A DNA stretch of 64,000 bases from an uncultured Phycisphaerales bacterium. Its GTDB lineage: Bacteria > Planctomycetota > Phycisphaerae > Tepidisphaerales > Tepidisphaeraceae. The stretch's first letter is position 1; each line of letters begins with the position of its first letter. Both the position numbers and the translations under genes were made by a program. Location of the stretch: positions 2,752,001 through 2,816,000 of the forward strand of contig CAVWVQ010000003.1 in assembly GCA_963758525.1 (NCBI GenBank). The letters run 5' to 3'. This document shows positions 28,416-39,101 of this stretch, one piece after another. The notes beneath the pieces are model-generated. The model ran no database searches, was not told where the DNA came from, and saw only the letters and a program-made list of their open reading frames with translations.

Positions 28416-29523
28416 CATCCCGCGGAAAGAAACGGTCACGGAAAGCCAAAGCTGGAAATTCAACGATCTTCGCGATCAACGCGCCGCAAATTGCGCAGGC
28501 GGCAATGGCGCTTGCCGCATAGATCGGCATGGAAACGCTGCTGGGCACGAGTCGATTCATCAGATCGAGTTCGCCAGCCATCCAACCCAGAACGAGGCGG
28601 TGATAGAGATAAATGGAGTAGCTGAACCAGCCGATCGCCGCGATCAAATTGATCGGCCACAGCGCCAGAGGATGACGTGAGACCGGAAGATGCAGGGCCG
28701 CGAGGAGTATCAGGCCATATCCCCAGGCGAGCATTGAGAAACCGATCGTGATGACGAATCGGCTATGCTCCAATCGAAATACTGCCATCGGCACGATCAA
28801 CGCACCCCCAATCGCCAGCAAGAGCAACGGGCGGGCGCAAAACCTCCGCAGTGACTGAGGATGAAAATGATGGAGATAGCTTAAGAAAACGCCAAAGAAA
28901 AGGCTGTCGATTCGAAGGTGAGTGCGATAGACGTGAGTCGGATACGTAAACGGCCGGTTCATATTGGCGATTCGCAGCGACAAACAAACAACCGAGAGGG
29001 CGATCGTGATTGCCACGACCGCTGGGCCGAGCCACGACCTGGGGATTCCAAAGGACAAGCCAAACAGTACCAGCGGCAGTGCCAGGTAGAAATGTTCTTC
29101 CAGTGCGAGCGACCAGGTGTGGTCGGTGTATGCGTTGTTGGGGTAGTAGTTTTGAACGTGCAGCAGATTGTGCCAGGTCACCGTGTCCCCCGATCCCCTT
29201 GTGATTAAATAGACCGCCAGCAGAAAGACGTAATACGATGGCCAGATCTTGAAAGCGCGGCGGATCAGGAATCGCCCCACATTCAGACGGCCGGTGAACT
29301 TCATTTCCTGGAACAGCAGCCCGCCGATCAAGAAGCCGCTGAGAATGAGAAATAAGTCGACGCCGGTCCAACCGAACCTTGCAAGCGTTCCCACCACCAG
29401 CCAACTCAATCCAGTTAATTTAGCGCTCAGCGGCAGGTGCCTGAATATCACGAGAATGATGGCGACCCCGCGCAGGAAATCCAATTGCACAATTCGCTTG
29501 TTCCGGATCACCGTCCAATCCAT
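28360..29523 (-). CDS. Acyltransferase family 3 (OafA/YrhL-like)
   Basis: LDFLRGVAI, GVDLFLILSGFLI, RRAFKIWP, HTWSLALEEHFY, SYSIYLYH. Confidence 0.93.
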   Translation of the reverse strand: MDWTVIRNKRIVQLDFLRGVAIILVIFRHLPLSAKLTGLSWLVVGTLARFGWTGVDLFLILSGFLIGGLLFQEMKFTGRLNVGRFLIRRAFKIWPSYYVFLLAVYLITRGSGDTVTWHNLLHVQNYYPNNAYTDHTWSLALEEHFYLALPLVLFGLSFGIPRSWLGPAVVAITIALSVVCLSLRIANMNRPFTYPTHVYRTHLRIDSLFFGVFLSYLHHFHPQSLRRFCARPLLLLAIGGALIVPMAVFRLEHSRFVITIGFSMLAWGYGLILLAALHLPVSRHPLALWPINLIAAIGWFSYSIYLYHRLVLGWMAGELDLMNRLVPSSVSMPIYAASAIAACAICGALIAKIVEFPALAFRDRFFPRDGRAGFIPLFFRRANKSAG

Positions 29524-29705
29524 TCTTCGCCAGGCAGAATGACGTGTCTGCGTCGATTCCGCCCTGTGAAACCGACAACAGTGTCGGCCATTGCGGCGCG
29601 GGCTTGCAGCCCGCTCCTCAGAGGGGTCGGGCGGAGCCGGCAGCGTACTTTAGCAGTATAAGGCTCGCGTTACGTTCGCGTTACATTTAATTCTTCCGCC
29701 TGCAA

Positions 29706-30615
29706 CTACTTTTCGAATGATGCCGCCGCCTCGGTTTCGGCGGCTTCGGGCGCATGCGTCTCGGTGGGATAGAACTCGCCGCCAAACGCCTTGTTTGTCT
29801 CTTCCGGGGGCGCAAACGCTGTCACATCCGGCAACGCGGTCAGCCGCTGGATCGCGGCCGGCAGCGGTTTCTCCAGGGGCAACAGCGGCGCTCCCGGTTC
29901 CCCCTCGCGCAACTGCCACTCGTAGTAGGCGATCAGATCAAGCACCACATTCAGTTTGGCCAGCGCCTCATCGGCCTCTTTCTTCCAGTCGTGTTTGGGC
30001 TTCGGAACCAGCGCCAGCGTAGCCAGCAGCTCCAGTCGCTGCTGCCGCCCGAACCCGGCCCCGGTCAGCAGCCGCGACGTCACCGGCCAGACGCCGCCGA
30101 CCAGGAAGGTCGAGCCGGCAATCCACAGCGCTGCCGACACCGCGGGAATTTCATACCACGCGTAGCGGTAGTGGAAGCCGCGCGCGGCCGGCTGGCGCTC
30201 GACGGCGCCAAGCAGATCGCGCACGCTCGCATGCTTGGAGGCGGAGATCGTCGGATCCAGCGGATGATACGGATCGTCCGCCCGGAACTTGGCCGGCGCC
30301 GTCAGCACCGAATCGGTCATTGGGCTGTGCCGGTTGTTCGGGTCGGAATGCACACGGATCGTGCGCAGTCCATTGTGCGGTGATCCAGTACCCTCCCGAT
30401 GCGTCCTTCGGGTGCACCACGACATTCGCCAGCGCCGGCCGGGCACTGACGGTGCTCTCCAGCAGCGCCGCTTCGAACTGCGCCTGCCCCATCGTCCTGT
30501 CGCGGCTCGCCATCCAATCGCGCGACGAACTCGGGCCCAGAAACGCCAGCAACACGCCCGCGATCGCTCCGATCGCGATCCAGTGCCACGTCTTGAGGTC
30601 CAGAATCCAAGCCAT
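29706..30615 (-). CDS. Hypothetical membrane protein, frameshifted near 30,350
   Basis: N-terminal TM in ORF 30151..30660 continues in the frame of ORF 29706..30722 (YRYAWYE, TM, acidic tail). Confidence 0.55.
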
Positions 30616-30732
30616 CTTCGCCCCGCACTCCCAGGTGAATGTGCGCGGGTACGCACACATGCTAGAATGGACGGTGCCCGAGGACGGGCGGCTAAACGGC
30701 CCAAGATTGCGGGAATTCGCAAGCAGGGGCGG

Positions 30733-31428
30733 CTATGGTCCCTGCACCTGATCCCACGTCGCCAGTTCGTTCACGTCATACGTCATCGCCGAAACGTCAA
30801 ACGCCCGGAAACACGCCACGTGCCCGTCGGCAAACAGCACGTTGTTCCCGTCCCGATGAATGTTCAATCCGCCCGGCTCATTGGCAAAGAGCATGTGCTC
30901 CCAGACCTCATCGCTCTTGTCCACGTCCACCGTCGTGTACGTCGCGATCCCAAACGGCGGAATGTACGCCCTGGCCCCCGTGCAATCCCCGCTGAGGATG
31001 TACTGCGAAGAACGCTTCACATCCGAGAACTTGATGTTGTGCCGATCCTGCAGCTTCGACCATCTCGCCTCCAGGAAATAATTCATCGGCGTCTCCGGCG
31101 GAAACGACGGGCAGTTGTAGATCGCCGAATCCGGCTTCTGCCCGAACGTCAGCGCAAGCTCCTCCGTCCAGGCCAGTCCCGCCTCATCCTCCGGCGAAGA
31201 CCCGTCGGGATACACGTTCCAGCCCGACCAGCTTGGCAGGCTTCCTTTGTAGACATTGGCATACTCGAACAGCGCCTGCCCGATCTGCCGCAGGTTCGAC
31301 TGGCACTGAATCATCTTCGCCTGCTCACGCGACGACGCCAGAGCGGGAAGGAGCAACGCGGTTAGAAGGCCGATGAGGCCGATCACGACGATTAGCTCCA
31401 CGAGCGAGAAGCCGCGAGTTGCAATCAT
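30733..31428 (-). CDS. Prepilin-type N-terminal cleavage/methylation and H-X9-DG domain protein (DUF1559-like)
   Basis: GFSLVELIVVIGLIGLL..LLLPAL, CQSNLRQIG, HRDGNNVLFADGHV. Confidence 0.92.
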   Translation of the reverse strand: MIATRGFSLVELIVVIGLIGLLTALLLPALASSREQAKMIQCQSNLRQIGQALFEYANVYKGSLPSWSGWNVYPDGSSPEDEAGLAWTEELALTFGQKPDSAIYNCPSFPPETPMNYFLEARWSKLQDRHNIKFSDVKRSSQYILSGDCTGARAYIPPFGIATYTTVDVDKSDEVWEHMLFANEPGGLNIHRDGNNVLFADGHVACFRAFDVSAMTYDVNELATWDQVQGP

Positions 31429-31643
31429 CTTTGGAGTTTTCCTGCCAAGCATACCCGCTCCCAAGGCGTTTGACCGCTGTCTATTCTTTCCACCAGGGAA
31501 GTTTTGGGGTGACCGCGTCGTCACCCTCGGCGGAGGCCCGGACGAAATCATCATCGAGCAAAATGGCTACCGGCGTGGTCGCGAACCGGTCGCGCGTACG
31601 GCTTGACGACCCGACACTCGCTCCAAGATACTTTGGCCGCTTG

Positions 31644-33458
31644 TCATTTAGGTTCTGAGATACCAGCAGCCTTCAAAAGCTCGGAAGCGAATGTGTCATA
31701 TGCGATCTGCTCGAGCGGCGATCGCCCTTTAACTGAATATTGCCGATATTCTAACCACAGCGATTGCTCAGTCCTGTCGGTGCCCAATTCCTTAAATACA
31801 GGATTACCGACTCGCGCTAAATCCAAATATTTTCTGCACGCATCTTCAAGGCGCGATGGTGGACCTGTACTTTGCAATGATAGAGACTTTTCAAGCATTG
31901 CCGCCACCGCGTTGATCGCGGTTTCTTTATGACCATTTGACGGCCACTTGTACCTAATCCGCAGGTCCATGACAATGAAATCAATGGCTGCCTGACGCCT
32001 GGGGACAAGTTCCGCTTGGCGCAACTGATCGACCGGCACGTCCTTCATCTTCCGTCTTAACCACTTAGCAAGTTCATCTCCAAGTTTTGAACCTTTCCAT
32101 GATACATCAGAATCGTCCCCAAGTACAGTGCGCTCGAACTGACTTACAACATCGGTTCGTTGAATTTCACCGTCCTTGAATAATGGAAGTTGCATAGCGT
32201 CGCTGCGAAGCTCCCGAAGAAATATTTTCTCTAAATCAGATAGCTGGACCTCCGTCTCATTCTGCGTGCCGCCAAATTCGTCAAGCGAAAGGATCTTCGT
32301 CTTCCATTCGGTAAAAAACACCGAAATGGTATCGGTCGCGATCGGCGATTTGTCGTCTACAGTCCGCGCCCAGCACGAACACCATTCATTGAGAGCTTGT
32401 CTGAAGTACCTAGTTCGCTGAATGTCTACTCTATTCTGCAAAGCCGGATTTGCTCGGTAGTCGGAAAGAATGGCCTGCTCGTCTTCCGGAGATATTGTGC
32501 CGCCAAACAACACCGGGGGTAGATGCGAGTTCGGACCCGCGCTCCTTGACGCAAGAGCCTTCAGTGCGAGCTTTACGCCTGTTTTGATCGGTCCCGGTTT
32601 CAGGACAACGTGATCCGCGGGACTCGAATAGATCAGGTCGTCGGCAATGCCGACCAACTGGGATATCTCAGTTTCTGACGTAATTACAATAACTCCTTTT
32701 TCAGTCATTCCGTCGACTATCACCTGATTGTAAGCTGCCAAGTCTGCGTCGGTCAGTTGTCGAGGAGTCTTGGTTGCGGCCATTAGATAAATCGAACCCC
32801 AAAAGGCCGCCTTTGCATCTATACGATTGCCCACGAGTTCGTCAATGGCCTGACTGATCCGGTTTTGCACGTTTTTGTTGTGATCTAGCAGCATGTGAGT
32901 CTGGCCGATCAAGGACTGCGTAGCTGGAGAAGCCGGGTGAGCGCGCAAGCCATTCGACTGGTTTATCACGTCCCCAAGAAGCGACTCGTCCGCGAACACC
33001 ACCACTGGCCGGAGGCTGAACTGCTCATGCAAGTCGCTACGGATTATTTCAGCATCATGATGGACCGTCTTTACAAATGGATCACGGTCCCTCATTAGAA
33101 TCTCCGGCGTCAGGGCCACCAAGTTCTTGCTGTAGATTCTAAGCAGTTCATCCGTCCACGATCGTAATTGCTTTTCAGACATTTGCGCGGTTTCGTCGGA
33201 AGTTGCGGTCGCCGCTTGTGCAACAGAATCGCAAACAACCTTTCGAACGATCTCCGAATCCGCATCCCCGACGTGGATGAGCAAAGCCTTCGTTCTGACA
33301 GCCAGATCTTCATAAATTCGGAGTTGAGCCTCGCTCACCTTATCCTTTAGGCGCGCATCCACTCCTTCGACCAATTGGTTCGTCGCTGAGTACGCTGTGA
33401 CCCCCGCAGCCAACACAATTGCGATGAAATGAAACGGTTTGTGCGCAGACATTCTCAA
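31644..33458 (-). CDS. Hypothetical secreted, mostly helical protein (low-GC island)
   Basis: 604-aa ORF with signal-like N-terminus; no motif recognised. Confidence 0.7.
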   Translation of the reverse strand: MRMSAHKPFHFIAIVLAAGVTAYSATNQLVEGVDARLKDKVSEAQLRIYEDLAVRTKALLIHVGDADSEIVRKVVCDSVAQAATATSDETAQMSEKQLRSWTDELLRIYSKNLVALTPEILMRDRDPFVKTVHHDAEIIRSDLHEQFSLRPVVVFADESLLGDVINQSNGLRAHPASPATQSLIGQTHMLLDHNKNVQNRISQAIDELVGNRIDAKAAFWGSIYLMAATKTPRQLTDADLAAYNQVIVDGMTEKGVIVITSETEISQLVGIADDLIYSSPADHVVLKPGPIKTGVKLALKALASRSAGPNSHLPPVLFGGTISPEDEQAILSDYRANPALQNRVDIQRTRYFRQALNEWCSCWARTVDDKSPIATDTISVFFTEWKTKILSLDEFGGTQNETEVQLSDLEKIFLRELRSDAMQLPLFKDGEIQRTDVVSQFERTVLGDDSDVSWKGSKLGDELAKWLRRKMKDVPVDQLRQAELVPRRQAAIDFIVMDLRIRYKWPSNGHKETAINAVAAMLEKSLSLQSTGPPSRLEDACRKYLDLARVGNPVFKELGTDRTEQSLWLEYRQYSVKGRSPLEQIAYDTFASELLKAAGISEPK

Positions 33459-33500
33459 CTCCCATCGATCTCACAGCCGTGAGCACTAAGAACGCAACGC

Positions 33501-35021
33501 TCACAGCTTAGCGGTAAAGACAATCTCTGAATCGTCAGGCATTTCCGCCTTCAATTCGGCATCCGAAGAGAATCCCCATTCGTCGTCCGTAACCTGGTTG
33601 ACATCGAAGGCTGAGTTTAATCGCAAATATTTGTGCATTGTAAATTGCTGGCCTGCCTGATGAGGCTGCATATCGACTTTCATTATGTACTGGCCGCCAA
33701 CAGGGCCTCCGCCGTCTATTTCTGCGGTCTGATTCCACGTCAAACGAACTGGCACGCTCACACCGCCGGTTGGGCCGCCGCCAGACCCGCCCTGATATCC
33801 CAGATTCAACGTGACGGTAGTTACCGTACCCTGGTATCCCGTGGCAACAGTGGGATTCGATAGATTAACATTGTCGTTGTCTACTTGCGCACTTACCCCG
33901 GCGGCTTGCGTGAAAGATGCTTGGTAGTCAAAATCGAAAGGATTGTATTGATCGTTATCCTCGTAATAGAACGCCTCTACGCCAATATTGCCGACGTAGG
34001 TTAGTTTATCGTCCACGGATGCAAAACCCTCACATTTGTCGCCCTGAGACTGATAAAAATACACAACTGATCCACTCTCGCTGGTCGGTTGTGTTGTGGA
34101 TGTTGCGGTATCAGACCAGTGCCCGACCGTCGCTCCGTGAGACGATCCATCGCCGTTAGTTGAAACTTCAGATGTGTGAAGTCCTACTGAGATTTGATGG
34201 AGGTCTTCACCCAAGCCATCATCTGTCGCGACAGCGCTGTATACAGTGCTTTGCGTTGGCAACGAAGTCTCCGGCAGCCATATATTTACAGGGTCATCAC
34301 CTGGGGAAGTAAAAGACTCTCGGCTGAACTTTACCAGCCTCACACCAATCTGATCGCTGCAGGCGGTGAGTTGGCTATCGGCAGCGGTAACCGTGATCGA
34401 AGATGGCCCTGTCCAATTTCGTGAAATCGGGATCTTTAGTTTCACAGTGCAGGTACCGCCGTTGGAAATGTACGTCACAAAGTCCGCGCCGGGCCCCGAT
34501 ATTGACCAATTGATTGACCGATCACTCGGCACAATTTGAGCGGATATATCGACGCTCACGGCACTGGGGTCTTGATCGATTTCGAGTGGCCCGCTGGTCG
34601 TAATTTTTACTTGAACAGCTGTGAATGCCACCGTGATTGCCCCTGTGTCCGACCACAATTGCTTACCGTTGTTATCAGTGATCGAGGCACTGACACTGGC
34701 AGTTCCGTTGATTGTGCCTGCTTGAAGGAAAGTACCTGAAAACGAAGTGCTTTGCGTGTTACTAGGTGAAGTTGCGAGCGGCGAAGGAGAACCGCTCCAT
34801 GACCAAGCTACGCCGTATTTGGCAGCCTCTTGCTGTACTACAGGGTCATTCGGCAAGCTCGCCTGAAGGCCGACGCCCAATGTCGAGTAAATTGGCCCAA
34901 CCATCGGATTTGTACCCTGGGTAATGAAAACAGGGAGTGTGGCCTTCACCGTTCCGGTAGAAACACCCAATACGACGATCGTTGCAATAATGATAACGAA
35001 GCTCCGAATAACGTTTTGCAT
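33501..35021 (-). CDS. Hypothetical secreted beta-rich protein with Ig/PKD-like N-terminal modules (low-GC island)
   Basis: Signal peptide, Ser/Thr-rich, WSWSG and INWSISG motifs; AAGGA RBS. Confidence 0.7.
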   Translation of the reverse strand: MQNVIRSFVIIIATIVVLGVSTGTVKATLPVFITQGTNPMVGPIYSTLGVGLQASLPNDPVVQQEAAKYGVAWSWSGSPSPLATSPSNTQSTSFSGTFLQAGTINGTASVSASITDNNGKQLWSDTGAITVAFTAVQVKITTSGPLEIDQDPSAVSVDISAQIVPSDRSINWSISGPGADFVTYISNGGTCTVKLKIPISRNWTGPSSITVTAADSQLTACSDQIGVRLVKFSRESFTSPGDDPVNIWLPETSLPTQSTVYSAVATDDGLGEDLHQISVGLHTSEVSTNGDGSSHGATVGHWSDTATSTTQPTSESGSVVYFYQSQGDKCEGFASVDDKLTYVGNIGVEAFYYEDNDQYNPFDFDYQASFTQAAGVSAQVDNDNVNLSNPTVATGYQGTVTTVTLNLGYQGGSGGGPTGGVSVPVRLTWNQTAEIDGGGPVGGQYIMKVDMQPHQAGQQFTMHKYLRLNSAFDVNQVTDDEWGFSSDAELKAEMPDDSEIVFTAKL

Positions 35022-35055
35022 AGCTTATTCCTTTTCAATTTGTCGAGGTATGTTG

Positions 35056-38000
35056 TCAGCGGTCATTTTTAGAAAAGACTTGCGGATTGTTGAGTTTGAA
35101 TTGGTTCCATGAGCGTGACATTTGATCTTCGAAATCACCCCGATCGCCGGTCGACCATAGATTCAGGCACCATCGTAGTGTCGCGGCCAAAGCGCCCCCA
35201 TCGTTGATCGTGACCCACCGGCACGTAAGAACTCCGAACCGCTGCCAGTCAGACCAGGCCGCTCCAGACCGTGGCGTTAGCTTAGACCAAGACTCCCACA
35301 TCCTGCGGATATCAAGTCCTACGTTACGTAGCAACTTTTGCCCGACCAGAGGCGGCATGTAGATGAGATTGCCGGAAAAAGCCAAACTCTCCCGCGGCCC
35401 ATTAAAATTCACTAGTCCGGGCATATCAAAAAACACGCCCGAAATGATTGTGTTGAAAGAATGCTGCTTTGCAATTGTAACTAGATATGTTCCCATATCC
35501 GGCAGGACGAATTGTTTGTAAACCCCACCGCAAAAATCCCGCACTCGCGAACGAGCAGCGATCGATGGAGCATCAGCTACTCCGGAATTTTGTCGGATAA
35601 CGGTAATAAGATAATCACGATAACGATTCCAGCCGGAGTGGCCATCTTTGTTCGTGAAATACAAGCTAACGCAGTGAGCGCCACTAGGAACCTGAACTTT
35701 TAACACGAGCCCTGGGCCAGCTTCGGACATCGATACCGACTCTCCATGGTCGTCCCACTCCGCTTGGCGACGCAGTCCAACGCAGGGGTCATAGAGTACA
35801 TTCCTCCGCTGGGAGCTAAGCCAAGTAAGGAAGTAGCGCACGCAGTCGCCGCGCTCATAGGCATGACCTAGAAAATCGTCGACGAAATACCCTGAACGCG
35901 AAGCAACCTCGTCATCGAAGGGAGATTCGGCCGCGCATAATCGTGCGTACTGGCGACCGTAACGGCCCACCCAATCCCCCTGTGTAGCCCAATCCTCGTG
36001 AGTGAACGCCACCACGTCAGGCTGGCTAGAAGTCATCGCTAATTGGGGCCGCAACGTTGCGCCTTTTGGCAATTGAACGGGAGAAGCCGGTGCAATTCTG
36101 GTATTGCTTGGTGTCCACAAACCGATTGCACTCACGCCGTTGCCGTACGATCCAACTTCAAGCCCGTTATCGGTAAGAATCGATTGTGTGAAGGTGCCGG
36201 TTCCGACGGATTGCGTCAGTAGCGTCTTAAAATTAATGCCCTCAATAGGGTGCCCTCTATGGCCAACGTAAATGTTGCCTGAAGCATCCTCTCCCAAACA
36301 CGTACAGTAGTCTTCCGCCAAAGTCTGATGATCGATCTGCTTCCAATCCTTAGGTGCCCCGCCGTTTAGCCCGCGAACTTTGTCGGCCCAATCCTTGCCC
36401 CGAAGAAATTGCCAAGTGATTCCGCGGTCGCCGCTCCAAGCCAAACCCGTGGTCGTGGCGACGTAAACGGTGCGGTCTTTCGCGACGATGACGTCATTGA
36501 TCAGATTGGTCGGCAAGCCGGCGCCGGCTGGAACCAACGGGTCCTTATCGGCGCCGGTGACCGTGCGCCAAATCTTGTAGCTGTCGGCGGCATTCCCCAT
36601 CGCGATTCCGTCGCACTGAGTGCCAAGATAAATGTTTCCGTCTTTGTCGAAGGCGATGGCGCTGGATTGGTCACTGGGCAGCCCGTCAGCCCTAGTGTAA
36701 TAACTCCAATCATCTCTCGACTGCGAATAGCGGGAAAGCCCGCAGTTGGTGCTGATCCACACGTCGCCGTCCGTGGGACAGACCTTAATGGCGAACACAC
36801 GCTCGCCTAAGGGGCCAGAGCGCGTGCCGGGATGCGAGAGGCCGCCCACAACTTCGTAATTTTGCCATCCCTGGCCGTTATATACGCTGACACCATGATT
36901 GAGATGACCCACCCAGACCCTCCCCTTCCGGTCGCAGGCCATCGCGTAGCCGTTGTTGTCACCAAGACCGTCCTTGGTCGTGAACCGGACCCATTGATGA
37001 AGCGGCGGAGCGGAGGGATCAAATCGCTGCACGCCGCCGGTGCCGGGGGCATCTTCCTCGCAGCCGACCCACAGGCAGCCCTCCTGGTCCTGGCAAAGGG
37101 ACATGACGAACTTGCGTGCCTCCTCCAGCCGCAGGTTTTCCGCGATCAGGGGTGCCTCGTCGGGCGGGCCGCCGCTGTTGGGCAACGGACTCGATTGGAT
37201 AAAAGCCGTTTCGGCCTTGCCGAGGATCGCTGATTGACTGTCCATGCCAAGCGAAACAACGGGAACCTTCGCGGCCGACTCGGATGGATGATCGTCTCGG
37301 GCCCGCCCCAGATAATTCACCGTATATTTCAGCGAGGGATGCAGGGCGATTTCCAGCGCTGTCGGCTGTGGCCGCAGCACTCCGCCGCCGATGGTCTCGG
37401 GCACCGCCGCATAATAGGTTGGCATGCTGGCGGTGGGCACGTCGGTCACGGCTGGCTCAACAATCTTGGCAGCCGGTAACGACGGCGCGGGGCTCGTACC
37501 AATCGCCGCGGGAGCCAACCGCACCGGGGGTTTCGGAGTCAGCGCCGCAGTGGTCGTAACCTTGGAGGCAGCCGTACCATTGTCGGCGGGAAGCACGCTG
37601 GCGGGACCCGGCATCGCCAATCTGCTGGCGGGAACCTGCGTGACTGCCGCCTCCGCGACCGGCACCGGTGGTGGCGTTCCGGTGAAAGTCACTGCTGTGG
37701 GCCCGATCCGCAGGGGAGATTTGGGCGTCGTCGCTCCGGCAGTTGTTATGTAAGCCGGTGCGGCCACAGCGGGGGCGCGCGGCAGCGCGACTGTTGCGAT
37801 GCCCGCAGGCGCGGGGGCGACCACGCCTATCTTAACAGGTGATACGGCCGTGGCGCGATCAGCCGGCACGACGGCGATCAGATTGGGCGTGGACGCGGCC
37901 GGCGCCGTCACCTGTGCGGGATCGATTTTTGCCGGCTTCAGCGCGTCAACTTGAATCAAATTTGGGAGGCCCGACGACGAAGCTTTCTCTTGCGAGTGAC

Positions 38001-38250
38001 GCGGCGGCGAGATAGACAGCCCTCGGTCGCTCGGAGAATCCCCCGATACAACGATGAGAGGGATTCGCCGAGCAGCGGTTGCGGTGCGGTTGGGAACGCG
38101 GATGGAGATCGTCTCTGCTTGATCATCCGTACGGGAGTAGTCAAGAAACGTGCGAAGGGAGATTACAGTGAGGATCGCCAGCAAGACGCCGACGATCGCG
38201 ACGGACGCGATTGCTCGAGCGTTGTATTGGCGATTGGGCATTGCGTCACT
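35056..38250 (-). CDS. Membrane-anchored protein: Pro/Ala linker, beta-propeller (Reg_prop-like) repeats and C-terminal beta domain
   Basis: N-terminal TM; LWVGCE, DGLGDNNGYAMACD, DGLPSDQ, GLPTNLIND repeats; start somewhere in 38241-38262. Confidence 0.8.
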   Translation of the reverse strand, partial: SDAMPNRQYNARAIASVAIVGVLLAILTVISLRTFLDYSRTDDQAETISIRVPNRTATAARRIPLIVVSGDSPSDRGLSISPPRHSQEKASSSGLPNLIQVDALKPAKIDPAQVTAPAASTPNLIAVVPADRATAVSPVKIGVVAPAPAGIATVALPRAPAVAAPAYITTAGATTPKSPLRIGPTAVTFTGTPPPVPVAEAAVTQVPASRLAMPGPASVLPADNGTAASKVTTTAALTPKPPVRLAPAAIGTSPAPSLPAAKIVEPAVTDVPTASMPTYYAAVPETIGGGVLRPQPTALEIALHPSLKYTVNYLGRARDDHPSESAAKVPVVSLGMDSQSAILGKAETAFIQSSPLPNSGGPPDEAPLIAENLRLEEARKFVMSLCQDQEGCLWVGCEEDAPGTGGVQRFDPSAPPLHQWVRFTTKDGLGDNNGYAMACDRKGRVWVGHLNHGVSVYNGQGWQNYEVVGGLSHPGTRSGPLGERVFAIKVCPTDGDVWISTNCGLSRYSQSRDDWSYYTRADGLPSDQSSAIAFDKDGNIYLGTQCDGIAMGNAADSYKIWRTVTGADKDPLVPAGAGLPTNLINDVIVAKDRTVYVATTTGLAWSGDRGITWQFLRGKDWADKVRGLNGGAPKDWKQIDHQTLAEDYCTCLGEDASGNIYVGHRGHPIEGINFKTLLTQSVGTGTFTQSILTDNGLEVGSYGNGVSAIGLWTPSNTRIAPASPVQLPKGATLRPQLAMTSSQPDVVAFTHEDWATQGDWVGRYGRQYARLCAAESPFDDEVASRSGYFVDDFLGHAYERGDCVRYFLTWLSSQRRNVLYDPCVGLRRQAEWDDHGESVSMSEAGPGLVLKVQVPSGAHCVSLYFTNKDGHSGWNRYRDYLITVIRQNSGVADAPSIAARSRVRDFCGGVYKQFVLPDMGTYLVTIAKQHSFNTIISGVFFDMPGLVNFNGPRESLAFSGNLIYMPPLVGQKLLRNVGLDIRRMWESWSKLTPRSGAAWSDWQRFGVLTCRWVTINDGGALAATLRWCLNLWSTGDRGDFEDQMSRSWNQFKLNNPQVFSKNDR

Positions 38251-38288
38251 CTTCTCGCTCAAGCGTCAATTTCCCGCATTTCGCAAAC

Positions 38289-39101
38289 TCATGATGTAGG
38301 CGTTGGCCGGGCCGACGCAGCCCGATTCGCGCGCAGAGCCCGCGCGACGTTCTCCACGGCAGCCGCAAGGTCCTGCGGCGGCGCCAAGTCGTACGCTTGC
38401 TCGAACACCACGCGGGCTTGCTTGGCTTCGCCCGAGAGCAGCAGCAAATTGCCCTTCAGCACGTACTTTTTGTAATCGTCCATCACCATCCCGCTCAGGG
38501 CGGCCTGAAATGGCGTTGGATCGACATGAACACTGGCAAGAACCGGCGGTCCAAGGTCTACGGCGGGCTGGGTGGAAGGCGCGGTCGTCGCACCGGCCAT
38601 CTGCTGCAGCTTGAAGCGATGCACGATTCCCGGATCGTCCGGATGGGCCATCCCTAGCGCCAGGGCGGCGACGTTGATCGCGTCGGCGGTGTCCTTCAGC
38701 ATGGCCGTGTCGTAATACGTCCGCGCCGCCATCAACCCTTCGGCGGCTTTGCCCTGCTGGCGAAAGGCAACGGCACGTAGTCGTTCCAACGCCGCGTCGT
38801 TCTCCGCGTTGGCTGGATCACGAAGAATAAGCCTCATCGCGATTTCCTCGGCTTCGGCGTAGTGCTTTGTCTCGATAAGGACGTTGAGTGCCTGGTCGCG
38901 ATGCAGCCGGCTCCCTGCCGCCAGTGATTCGACCTTCCTGACAGCGGCGGACATCCGAGCGGCATCGCCGCTGTTCAGTTCAACTGCCAGCAGATCGTGC
39001 GGACTGGGGCCCCTGGAAGCGGGCCGAGTGGTGGCGCCTCCTGCGCAGACAGCACTGAAACAGACGATTTGCAATGCGACGAGGCGTGTCAATAATCTCA
39101 T
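38289..39101 (-). CDS. Secreted TPR-like protein (possible frameshift near the 3' end)
   Basis: Signal peptide plus ATTRP; KHYAEAEEIA, KGNLLLLSGEAKQARVVFEQAY. Confidence 0.7.
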   Translation of the reverse strand: MRLLTRLVALQIVCFSAVCAGGATTRPASRGPSPHDLLAVELNSGDAARMSAAVRKVESLAAGSRLHRDQALNVLIETKHYAEAEEIAMRLILRDPANAENDAALERLRAVAFRQQGKAAEGLMAARTYYDTAMLKDTADAINVAALALGMAHPDDPGIVHRFKLQQMAGATTAPSTQPAVDLGPPVLASVHVDPTPFQAALSGMVMDDYKKYVLKGNLLLLSGEAKQARVVFEQAYDLAPPQDLAAAVENVARALRANRAASARPTPTS

